Origin: Fibrobacteria bacterium | Lineage (GTDB): Bacteria > Fibrobacterota > Fibrobacteria > UBA11236 | Length of the DNA stretch: 11,810 bases | NCBI GenBank assembly: GCA_041746255.1 | Contig: JBGTHM010000066.1 | Span: 1 to 11,810, forward strand | Direction of reading: 5' to 3' | Shown: positions 1 to 7,302 of the stretch, one piece after another | How the letters are laid out: each line of letters starts with the position of its first letter | Numbering within the stretch: the stretch's first letter is position 1 | Notes under the pieces: model-generated | Told to the model about the DNA's origin: nothing | What the model saw: the letters and a program-made list of their open reading frames with translations, nothing else | Database searches by the model: none | Program-made: the position numbers and the translations under genes

Positions 1-1
1 G

Positions 2-409
2 AGCCGCCTGGAAAAGGCTTTTGAGGCCAAGCTGGACGGGTCCGTGCCCGAGGAGCTTTGGCAGAAGAAATCCAAGGAATGGCAGTTGGAGTTGTTGCAG
101 CTGCGGGAAACCTTGGCTCACCACCAGGGAGCTAAGCGGACTTTCTACGAACAGGGGTTTGCCCTGCTAGAACTCGCTGAGACGGCCTATTTACTGTATC
201 AAAAGCAGGATCCCACGCAAAAGCGGATCTTGCTCCAAATTCTATGCTCGAACTCGGTTTTGAGGGACGGCGTAGTAACGCCTACGTATCGCCAACCCTT
301 TGCCCTGCTTGTACTTGGGAAAAGAGAGGCGGAGAGGAAGCAGAGCGAGGGAAGTGCTAAATCCCCCGCTCTGGAAAAATGGTGGAGTCTAGGAGAGTCG
401 AACTCCTGA
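2..409 (+). CDS. Large serine recombinase/integrase family protein, C-terminal fragment (5' end outside window)
   Basis: The frame is open from position 2 (SRLEKAFEAKLDGSVPEELWQKKSKEW...), upstream of the GTG at 44 in the ORF track. The pattern RL..AF...LDG.V....W...., a coiled-coil, then ELA..AY.LY..Q....KR.LL..L.SN..L.DG.....YRQPF.LL matches the C-terminal region of large serine recombinases, and the gene ends inside a tRNA 3' end. The catalytic domain is not visible. Confidence 0.8.
   Translation, partial: SRLEKAFEAKLDGSVPEELWQKKSKEWQLELLQLRETLAHHQGAKRTFYEQGFALLELAETAYLLYQKQDPTQKRILLQILCSNSVLRDGVVTPTYRQPFALLVLGKREAERKQSEGSAKSPALEKWWSLGESNS
341..373 (-). terminator. Terminator-like hairpin immediately downstream of tRNA-Ala
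   Basis: Minus strand CAGAGCGGGGGA, 9-nt loop, TCCCTCGCTCTG: 12-bp stem with one G-U, starting 6 nt after the tRNA CCA. It is followed by CTTCCTCTCC, pyrimidine-rich but not a clean U-tract. Confidence 0.5.
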
Positions 410-455
410 CCCCCTGCGTGCAAGGCAGGTGCTCTACCAACTGAGCTAAGACCCC
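380..455 (-). tRNA. tRNA-Ala (anticodon TGC)
   Basis: Reverse complement GGGGTCT TA GCTC AGTTGGTA GAGC A CCTGC CTTGCAC GCAGG GGGTC AGGAG TTCGACT CTCCT AGACTCC ACCA: full cloverleaf, G3:U70 alanine identity pair, encoded CCA, 76 nt. Confidence 0.98.
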
Positions 456-487
456 ATCTCGTGCCTGGCGACCAATTCGGAGTGAAA

Positions 488-564
488 TGGTGGGCCTGGG
501 AAGATTTGAACTTCCGACCCCCGCCTTATCAGAGCGATGCTCTAACCAACTGAGCTACAGACCC
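488..564 (-). tRNA. tRNA-Ile (anticodon GAT)
   Basis: Reverse complement GGGTCTG TA GCTC AGTTGGTTA GAGC A TCGCT CTGATAA GGCGG GGGTC GGAAG TTCAAAT CTTCC CAGGCCC ACCA: cloverleaf, GAT anticodon, encoded CCA, 77 nt. Confidence 0.97.
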
Positions 565-576
565 AGGCGCACGGGC

Positions 577-606
577 AAATTAGCTTAAGGGAAGCGGGCC
601 TGTCAA
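577..606 (-). promoter_or_regulatory. Sigma70-type promoter for the tRNA-Ile/tRNA-Ala pair, embedded in the 3' end of miaA
   Basis: Minus strand TTGACA (606-601), 18-nt spacer, TAATTT (582-577), then GC-rich GCCCGTGCGCCT directly before the tRNA-Ile 5' end, as expected for a stable-RNA promoter with a GC-rich discriminator. Confidence 0.7.
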
Positions 607-1539
607 GGTATCGAGCCTCCAAGAGGATCGTTCCAGTGCCCGGGTTAAGGCATCCGGATTGACAGGGTGCGCGGTGGGAAATTGATGCTTGAAATAGGTG
701 ATCTGACGCCGGGCATAGCGGCGCGTACGGGCCTGAATTTCTGCAATAGCGGATTCCTTGGAAGTGAATCCCCGCAGGTAATCGGCCAGTTGCGGGTATC
801 CCAGCGAAGTAAAAGCCGGCCAATCGACGGCGGGATTTTCCTGGAGCAATTTTTGCACTTCAGCCAACCAACCCTGTTCCAGCATGGCGTGAACCCGGGT
901 ATTGATATTTCGATGCAACGAAGCGCGTTCGAGATCGAGCCAATAAAAAGGTGTCCCGACAAAAGCGGGATCGAGTTGACCCAGGGATGCGAATTCCGTG
1001 TAACTTTTTCCGGTATAAGCCAGGTTTTCCCAGATTTTAACGATGCGGAAACGGTCGTGCCGGTGGACTTTGGCCGCGGCCAGCGGATCGCCGACCTGGA
1101 TTTCCTGATAAAGGGCCTCCAACCCCTCCGCTTCCAATTTTTGCCCTGCCTTTTCCTTGATGGCCTCCGGGGTTTCACCGCGGTCGGCCTTGGCAGGGTA
1201 GAGCAATTCCTTGAGGTAAAGCCCCGAGCCACCGACCAGTAACAACGGAGCCTGCGCCTCTCGGATGATGGCGCGCGCACGTATGGCCCATTCGCGAGGA
1301 GAAAGGGCCAAATGGGGAGGCAAAAACCCAAGAAGATGATGACGCACGCGAAGAAGGTCAGGGTCGTGCGGCTGGTTGGTGCCTATTTTCAATCCCGCAT
1401 AGACCTGTCGCGAATCGGCGGAGAGGATTTCCCAGCCATTGGCTTCCGCCAGCTTCAAGGCGATATCGGTTTTGCCCGAAGCCGTCGGCCCACCCAATAT
1501 GCCCGCTATGCGGATACCCGCTTTAGTGGAAGTTTCCAT
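580..1539 (-). CDS. miaA: tRNA (adenosine-37-N6)-dimethylallyltransferase MiaA
   Basis: Motifs GPTASGKT, SADSRQVY, IGT..P, HHL, VGGSGLYLK, SLGY, TRRYARRQITYFK; about 319 aa. ATG at 1539 chosen; GTG 1542 and TTG 1545 are in-frame alternatives. Confidence 0.96.
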   Translation of the reverse strand: METSTKAGIRIAGILGGPTASGKTDIALKLAEANGWEILSADSRQVYAGLKIGTNQPHDPDLLRVRHHLLGFLPPHLALSPREWAIRARAIIREAQAPLLLVGGSGLYLKELLYPAKADRGETPEAIKEKAGQKLEAEGLEALYQEIQVGDPLAAAKVHRHDRFRIVKIWENLAYTGKSYTEFASLGQLDPAFVGTPFYWLDLERASLHRNINTRVHAMLEQGWLAEVQKLLQENPAVDWPAFTSLGYPQLADYLRGFTSKESAIAEIQARTRRYARRQITYFKHQFPTAHPVNPDALTRALERSSWRLDTLTGPLPLS

Positions 1540-1614
1540 CACCAAGAAAGCATAATAATAAGACGCAAGTGACCCCTTTAGTATATTTCTCCCGCCTTCC
1601 TTGGCCCCAAATTA

Positions 1615-2754
1615 ATGAGCATATATCGCCGCATCGCCCTGTTCGCCGCCATTACCGGCACACTCCTCTTCTTGGGCATGTGGGTTCCGCGCTTTTTTTC
1701 CGCGGATGGGTTGAAAATTGCCGCGATTTCGCAGTCGAAGAACCCTTCGCCTGGTACCGTAAGCGGGAAAGCCGGAGAACCCACTCGCGATTCCCTAACA
1801 GAGAGTGGATTACCCTATTGGCAGGAACAATTCTTGCAAAATCTCCGGGAAACCTTAGGGATTGAGGCCGCCTCACTCCGCCAAAGACGGGGCGTTTGGC
1901 AGCTTACTTTACCCCGCGGAAGGCCTCTGCAGGACTATGCTCTGGAAATCGAGCTTCTCGCGCGAAAGGCAGGGCTGGACCGGGTCGAGGGAAGGGAAGT
2001 ACGCTCCAATCAGGTTGCTGAATATGGCTTTGGTTTAGGTGGAGCAATGCTTTATTTGCGCCTGGAATTCGGAGCCGCATATTTGCCGGGCACAGCCCGC
2101 CTGGCCATTGTCTTCACCGGCCTCGACTCTCTGGGGGAGTCGGACTGGGCTACCATGGATAAAGCCCCGTGGAAAAAAAATCTGGTGATTAATCCTTATT
2201 CGGAGGAATCACGGACCGGCGCGCTTCGACACCGGGCCGCCCATCATGAATTGATTTTGGAACTCCCCATGGAGCCTACTGCTTATCCCTATGTCAATCC
2301 GGGGAAAAACGCCCTTTACATCCACTTCACCCAGGAGGAAGTGGACAGAACCCTGATTTCGGCCCTGGAAAAGCTTCCTGCGGCCAAGGGGTTTGTGAGT
2401 CGGTTCGGCGATCGGGCTATCGAACACCGGCCTTTATTGGAGAAACTCTTCCGTACGTTGGCCCATCGGAACCTGCTTTTTATCGATTTGACGGAGTCAC
2501 CCCGAAGCTTGGCCTTGCAAAGCGCCGTCGAGCAAGGCGCAGTATGCAAAGTCGCCTGGGAACGCAAACGACTGGACGAACTCGAAGCCGAATTCAACAA
2601 GAAAACCATTGCGGCACAAAAAACTGGTGAAGCGGTAATGGTAGTCCGGTATTCACCGCGTTCCTTCGCCAAATTGAATACGCTGTACCACGACCATCTC
2701 GAACGATTGCAGACGCAAGGTATCGCCTTGGTTAAGCTCTCCGATATGCAATGA
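1615..2754 (+). CDS. Membrane-anchored divergent polysaccharide deacetylase family protein (YibQ-like, Polysacc_deac_2), catalytic motifs degenerate
   Basis: N-terminal hydrophobic anchor (IALFAAITGTLLFLGMWV). The C-terminal half has RLAIVF, HELILELPMEP..YP..NPG..AL, LP.AKG, L....LLFID and a terminal GIALVKLSD, in the order and spacing typical of this family. Confidence 0.8.
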   Translation: MSIYRRIALFAAITGTLLFLGMWVPRFFSADGLKIAAISQSKNPSPGTVSGKAGEPTRDSLTESGLPYWQEQFLQNLRETLGIEAASLRQRRGVWQLTLPRGRPLQDYALEIELLARKAGLDRVEGREVRSNQVAEYGFGLGGAMLYLRLEFGAAYLPGTARLAIVFTGLDSLGESDWATMDKAPWKKNLVINPYSEESRTGALRHRAAHHELILELPMEPTAYPYVNPGKNALYIHFTQEEVDRTLISALEKLPAAKGFVSRFGDRAIEHRPLLEKLFRTLAHRNLLFIDLTESPRSLALQSAVEQGAVCKVAWERKRLDELEAEFNKKTIAAQKTGEAVMVVRYSPRSFAKLNTLYHDHLERLQTQGIALVKLSDMQ

Positions 2755-2826
2755 GGGACAGGACAGTGTTACATTTATTTTTTTCGCGCGTTGTGTTTCG
2801 CGCAACCGGACCGAGGAGGGTTTTTT

Positions 2827-3549
2827 ATGCCGAAATTAGGCGTGAACATCGATCATATCGCAACCATACGTGAAGCGCGCAAGGTACGCGATCCGGATCC
2901 GGTAGCGGCGGCCACTTTAAGCGAATTAGCGGGAGCGCACGGGATTACCGTGCATTTGCGCGAAGACCGCAGACATATCCAGGAAAGGGATGTCCGGATT
3001 CTACGTCAGACCGTGACCACTCATTTGAACCTGGAAATGGCGACCTCTCCCGAAATGGTTCAATTCGCGATAGACATTTTGCCGGATATGGTGACGCTGG
3101 TCCCTGAAAAACGCGAAGAGCTGACTACCGAAGGCGGATTGGACGTGGCCGCGCATCTGACCGAAATCAGTAAAGTCGTCAGTTCCATGCGAAAACATGC
3201 CATCGAAGTCTCCCTTTTTATCGATCCGGAAATCAGCCAGGTGAAAGCTGCCGTGCATTCAGGAGCGTGCTTCGTGGAATTGCACACGGGCAATTATTGC
3301 AATGCCTACGATTTCGGCGAAGGCAACGACTGGGAAGAAGAACTCGCAAAAATCTCCAATATGACCCAGGTAGCCTTGAAAAACGGCCTCTACGTAAACG
3401 CGGGCCATGGCCTCAATTACCGGAATGTGCGCCCGATTGCCGATATCAAGGGTATTGAAGAATTGAACATCGGCCATTCCATCATCGCCCGTGCCACTTT
3501 GGTAGGCATGGAAAAAGCCGTGCGAGACATGCTGGACCTGATTCGCTAA
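2827..3549 (+). CDS. pdxJ: Pyridoxine 5'-phosphate synthase
   Basis: [81 protein letters not shown]. Start set at ATG 2827 after SD GAGGAGG (2813-2819), not the TTG at 2791. Confidence 0.98.
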   Translation: MPKLGVNIDHIATIREARKVRDPDPVAAATLSELAGAHGITVHLREDRRHIQERDVRILRQTVTTHLNLEMATSPEMVQFAIDILPDMVTLVPEKREELTTEGGLDVAAHLTEISKVVSSMRKHAIEVSLFIDPEISQVKAAVHSGACFVELHTGNYCNAYDFGEGNDWEEELAKISNMTQVALKNGLYVNAGHGLNYRNVRPIADIKGIEELNIGHSIIARATLVGMEKAVRDMLDLIR

Positions 3550-3633
3550 GAAGAAGTCCCTTCCGGCGAGTATCTTTTTTAGCTTTTACGCTGCTAATTC
3601 GCGCAGCCTGTAACTGAAAACAAAGGATCTCCC

Positions 3634-6399
3634 ATGATCGCCCAATCCGTCCGCCACCTCCTGGAAAAATTGAACAAATACAATCGCTCCCTGCTGGAGG
3701 GGGCGGTGGGATCCTGCGTAACCCGCACGCATTACGAGGTGACGCTCTCGCATTTCCTCGCCCAGGCCTTTGAAGAAGGTCATGGCGATTTGCTTCCCAT
3801 CCTCGCTTACTTCAAAGTGGATCCCGGGCTTTTCCGTAACGCTTTGCAACAAGACTTGAAGGAAGTGCGCGCAGGCAACACCGGCAAACCGATCTTCTCG
3901 CCCAATTTTTTACAAGCACTGGAATTGGCCTGGGCCGAGTCGTCTCTCAATTTGAGCGAAACCGCTATCCGCACCGGCGGTCTGATTTTAGCCTTGCGGA
4001 AAAATCCGAGTTACGTGCCCCCCGCTTTGGCGGATCAAATCGCACTTATCAATCCCGAAGTTCTGATGGTCAAATTCGCCGAGATAACCGCCGGCTCCAA
4101 GGAAAGCCAGGAAGGCACCAAAAGCGCGGGAAGTGCCGAAGCCTCCGGAGCCGAAGGCAGCGCCCTGGCCCGTTTCACCTTAAACTTCACCGACATGGCC
4201 CGCCAAGGAAAAATCGATCCGGTTTTCGGTCGCGACGACGAGATTCGCCAAGCCATCGACATCCTCTCGCGCCGCCGCAAGAACAACCCCATTTTCATCG
4301 GTGAGGCAGGCGTGGGTAAAACCGCGGTTATCGAAGGTCTGGCCTTGCGAATCGCGGAAGGCAATGTTCCCGACATGTTGAAGGAAGTGGACATTCGCAG
4401 CCTGGACCTGGGTCTTTTGCAGGCGGGCGCGGGTGTGCGCGGCGAATTCGAGAACCGCTTGAAGAGCGTTATCCGTGAAGTGAAGGAATCGGCCAAGCCC
4501 ATTATCCTTTTCATCGACGAAGCACATACCTTGATAGGCGCGGGCGGAGAAGCCGGACAGGGAGACGCAGCCAACCTTCTCAAGCCGGAATTGGCGCGGG
4601 GCGAACTCAAGGTTTTGGCCGCCACCACTTTTTCCGAGTTCCGCAAATATTTCGAAAAAGATCCGGCCATGGCTCGTCGCTTTCAGGCGGTACGCATCGA
4701 AGAACCCGATGCGGCCACGGCGTCCATCATGTTGCGGGGGCTTCGTACCCATTACGAAAAGTTTCACGGCGTCAAAATCACTTACGAAGGTATTCAAGCC
4801 GCCTGCGACTTGTCGAGCAAGTTCATCCCCGGTCGGCAATTGCCGGATAAAGCCGTCGACCTGTTGGATACGGCTGCGGCCCGCGTGAAAATGGGGCTGA
4901 CCAGCAAACCCGCCGCGCTGGTAACCCTCGAACAAGCTCGGGAAAACCTCAAGATTGAGATCACTGCCCTGGAAAAAGACAAAGCCGACGGCGTATTGAA
5001 ATACGGCGACGCCCTGGACAAAGCCAAGGCACGGGTAACCGCCGTGGAAGCGCAAATCGAAGACTTGACCTCACAGTGGCAGGAACAACTGAGCCGCGTA
5101 CGCGCCATCATGTCGCTCCAGGAGAAAATCCAGGAGGCGCAAGGCGAAGGCAAGACCGAAGCAGCGGACGCGTTACGTGCCGAACTCGATCTCAAATGGA
5201 AAGACTTGGAAGAGAACCAAGGCGACAATACCCTCGTACATGCGCATGTTTCCCGCGACGTAGTCGCGCAAATCGTGTCGGAATGGACCGGCGTGCCCGC
5301 AGGGAGCATGCTTAAGAACGAAGCGCAATTATTGTTGGAGTTGGAATCCACCATCGCCGAACGAGTGGTCGGCCAGGATTTGGGCGTTGCCGAAATCGCC
5401 TCCACCCTGCGCAGCGCCAAGTTGGGCTTGGGCAATCCCGAATCGCCGCTGGGCGTTTTCCTGGTTACCGGTCCCTCAGGCGTAGGCAAAACCGAAGCCG
5501 CGCGGGCGATTTCCGACATTCTCTTCGGCGGCGAAAAAGCCGTGGTCACCATCAATATGTCCGAATACCAGGACAGCATGTCCATCACCCAACTGAAAGG
5601 CGCCAGCGCCGGCTACGTAGGCTACGGAGAAGGCGGCGTGCTCACCGAAGGCGTGCGCAAGCGCCCCTATACCGTGGTGATTCTCGACGAAGTGGAAAAG
5701 GCCCACAAAGACATTCTCACCATGTTCTACCAGGTTTTCGACAAAGGCATTCTCCGTGACGGCGAGGGCCGCGACATCAGCTTCCGCAACGCCGTCATCA
5801 TCATGACCAGTAATCTGGGCCTGGAAACCATCACGCAAATGTCGGACGGCGACCGGGAAAACGCCCTGGGCCTGGACGACTATCGCGAATTCATCCTGGA
5901 CGAATTGACCGCGCACTTCTCCCCCGCCCTGCTGGCACGCTGTAAGGTCGTGCCCTTTCTTCCCCTGAGTCCGGAAAACCTACAGCGAATCGTTTTCATC
6001 AAGCTGATGAAGGTCGGCAACCGTCTCATGGAAAAACATCGCATGGCGTTCGCGGTCTCCCCCCATGTCGTGCGCAACGTGGTGATGCAATGCACCACGG
6101 CGCAATCCGGAGCGCGCAACATCGACTCCATCATCGACCAGAAACTTCTCCCGGAAATCTCTCGCGGACTTTTATCGCAGTTGGCGGAAGGCAAGGCCTA
6201 TACCCATCTCTATGTCGGAGCGGATGATAAGGGCGGATTCACCTATTACTTCTCGGTGGGCGATTTCGACGCGCCCGAACTCACTGAAGATTTTTCCGGG
6301 GAAGAGTCCGAAGCTTCGGAACTGAACGGGGTGGATCACGAAACGCAGGAATTGGCTTTGGCTGACGGTAAAGAGAAGAGCGAGTCGAAGGAAGATTGA
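3634..6399 (+). CDS. tssH: Type VI secretion system AAA+ ATPase TssH/ClpV
   Basis: Two AAA+ modules (GEAGVGKT/ILFIDEAH and GPSGVGKT/VILDEVEKAH). ClpV-specific features: N-terminus LLEKLN....LLEGA...CVTRTHYEV...H, LDLGLLQAGAGVRGEFENRLK, GRQLPDKAVDLLDTA, GYVGYGEGGVLTE, SGARNID. SD AAGGA upstream. Confidence 0.92.
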   Translation: MIAQSVRHLLEKLNKYNRSLLEGAVGSCVTRTHYEVTLSHFLAQAFEEGHGDLLPILAYFKVDPGLFRNALQQDLKEVRAGNTGKPIFSPNFLQALELAWAESSLNLSETAIRTGGLILALRKNPSYVPPALADQIALINPEVLMVKFAEITAGSKESQEGTKSAGSAEASGAEGSALARFTLNFTDMARQGKIDPVFGRDDEIRQAIDILSRRRKNNPIFIGEAGVGKTAVIEGLALRIAEGNVPDMLKEVDIRSLDLGLLQAGAGVRGEFENRLKSVIREVKESAKPIILFIDEAHTLIGAGGEAGQGDAANLLKPELARGELKVLAATTFSEFRKYFEKDPAMARRFQAVRIEEPDAATASIMLRGLRTHYEKFHGVKITYEGIQAACDLSSKFIPGRQLPDKAVDLLDTAAARVKMGLTSKPAALVTLEQARENLKIEITALEKDKADGVLKYGDALDKAKARVTAVEAQIEDLTSQWQEQLSRVRAIMSLQEKIQEAQGEGKTEAADALRAELDLKWKDLEENQGDNTLVHAHVSRDVVAQIVSEWTGVPAGSMLKNEAQLLLELESTIAERVVGQDLGVAEIASTLRSAKLGLGNPESPLGVFLVTGPSGVGKTEAARAISDILFGGEKAVVTINMSEYQDSMSITQLKGASAGYVGYGEGGVLTEGVRKRPYTVVILDEVEKAHKDILTMFYQVFDKGILRDGEGRDISFRNAVIIMTSNLGLETITQMSDGDRENALGLDDYREFILDELTAHFSPALLARCKVVPFLPLSPENLQRIVFIKLMKVGNRLMEKHRMAFAVSPHVVRNVVMQCTTAQSGARNIDSIIDQKLLPEISRGLLSQLAEGKAYTHLYVGADDKGGFTYYFSVGDFDAPELTEDFSGEESEASELNGVDHETQELALADGKEKSESKED

Positions 6400-6422
6400 T
6401 AGCGGGGGATTAAACCTCGTGC

Positions 6423-6456
6423 CGGAAGAGCAGGAAAGATATTCCCTGATCTTCCG
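6423..6456. terminator. Imperfect hairpin downstream of tssH (possible terminator)
   Basis: CGGAAGA (6423-6429) pairs with TCTTCCG (6450-6456) and CAGG with CCTG, about 24 nt after the stop codon. No immediate U-tract. Confidence 0.3.
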
Positions 6457-6705
6457 CAAAAGAATTTTCGGCTTGATGGGTTTTTACGTATCACTCAAAT
6501 ACATAATTTTCGGAAAATACGCTTAACCTGCCATGCTGCAGTTTCACTCAAACCAGATTGAAAAGACGGTGCTTAGAGCATTGGATATTATCCTGCCCGG
6601 ATACCGCCTAGGTGTGCAGTGCAACCCGGTAGTTATCTAGCGAAGCATTGGCTGCGCGATTCATGATCATATCAAGAATACCCTTCAAAAAAAACTTCCT
6701 TTCTT

Positions 6706-7302
6706 TTAAGGCTCGGCGAGCTTTAAAAAATTTAGTTCACCGTTTTCCTGAATGTAGGTTACTGCTAAAATTCCCGCATCGCAACAGGTATAACAGTAAT
6801 CTCCAATAGTACCGGTACACCTTTTAATTAGATCCTTAATCAGGAACAGAGTCCATTTTCCAACTCGGGATTTATAAATGTAAAAATGCCCTGCAGAATC
6901 AAAAAAATCTGCATCGCATGTCTTGCATGAATCTGAATTCCAAAATTTAGCAGTGTCCCTTAAATTGATTGGTTTTGAAAAATCAATCTCATCAAATTTA
7001 ACTTTTGACCTCCAATGTTGCCTATGGAAGTTCAGTCCAAATACTCCGCAAGAGCTACAATCACTACCGCAACAAATATTGCTACTGAATTCGGGTTCAT
7101 TTTCGTGAACGAAAATATGGTCCTTATCATAGATGCGGACAGATCCCCCTATAACCAGGTGGAATGGTGACATGAGTGTGTCTGCGGATACTTTAATTCG
7201 ACTTTCAGACCTTATTTCTTCTTCCGAAAGACAGGATAGGAGGGACGTCAGGGATAAAGCGCAAGCAAAATATATCCAGCTGAATATGTTCGTTTTTTTC
7301 AT
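6706..7302 (-). CDS. Hypothetical cysteine-rich lipoprotein
   Basis: 198-aa ORF in AT-rich DNA with SD-like AGGA upstream. Basic N-terminus MKK, hydrophobic stretch, lipobox-like LLS-C at residue 24, and 10 further cysteines. No family recognised. Confidence 0.7.
   Translation of the reverse strand: MKKTNIFSWIYFACALSLTSLLSCLSEEEIRSESRIKVSADTLMSPFHLVIGGSVRIYDKDHIFVHENEPEFSSNICCGSDCSSCGVFGLNFHRQHWRSKVKFDEIDFSKPINLRDTAKFWNSDSCKTCDADFFDSAGHFYIYKSRVGKWTLFLIKDLIKRCTGTIGDYCYTCCDAGILAVTYIQENGELNFLKLAEP

Larger units (their letters stand above)
1..409. mobile_element. End of an integrative element/prophage inserted at the 3' end of tRNA-Ala (att junction)
   Basis: Integrase-like gene abuts and overlaps the 3' end of an intact tRNA. 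The second att copy is outside the window, so the crossover point cannot be placed. Confidence 0.65.

Noticed and set aside
199..423. 74-aa minus-strand ORF MHAGGQEFDSPRLH...
   Set aside because: Starts inside tRNA-Ala and is antisense to the integrase; a shadow ORF.
1546..1614. Divergent promoter between miaA and the deacetylase-like gene
   Set aside because: AT-rich -10-like hexamers exist on both strands (TATATT, TATACT, TATTAT) but I found no matching -35, so no specific site is supportable.
542..1876. Alternative-frame and antisense ORFs over miaA and the start of the deacetylase-like gene (e.g. 645-1331, 667-1242, 1569-1865)
   Set aside because: They overlap genes with clear family motifs and show no recognisable features; expected in GC-rich DNA.
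2791..2826. TTG-initiated N-terminal extension of PdxJ in the ORF track
   Set aside because: It spans the strong SD for ATG 2827, and family similarity starts at [10 protein letters not shown].
4035..6194. Long antisense ORFs (211, 291, 264, 146, 104 aa) within tssH
   Set aside because: Typical antisense shadows of a GC-rich Clp ATPase gene, with no independent evidence.
3634..6399. Calling this gene clpB or clpC
   Set aside because: The N-terminal RTHYEV region, LQAGA..RGEFENRLK and GYGEGGVLTE are ClpV signatures, not ClpB (LIAGAKYRGEFEERLK, GYEEGGQLTE).
6521..6640. Possible integron attC site downstream of the lipoprotein gene (GTTAAGC on the minus strand)
   Set aside because: No complementary RYYYAAC box or long imperfect stem at a suitable distance, and no second copy.
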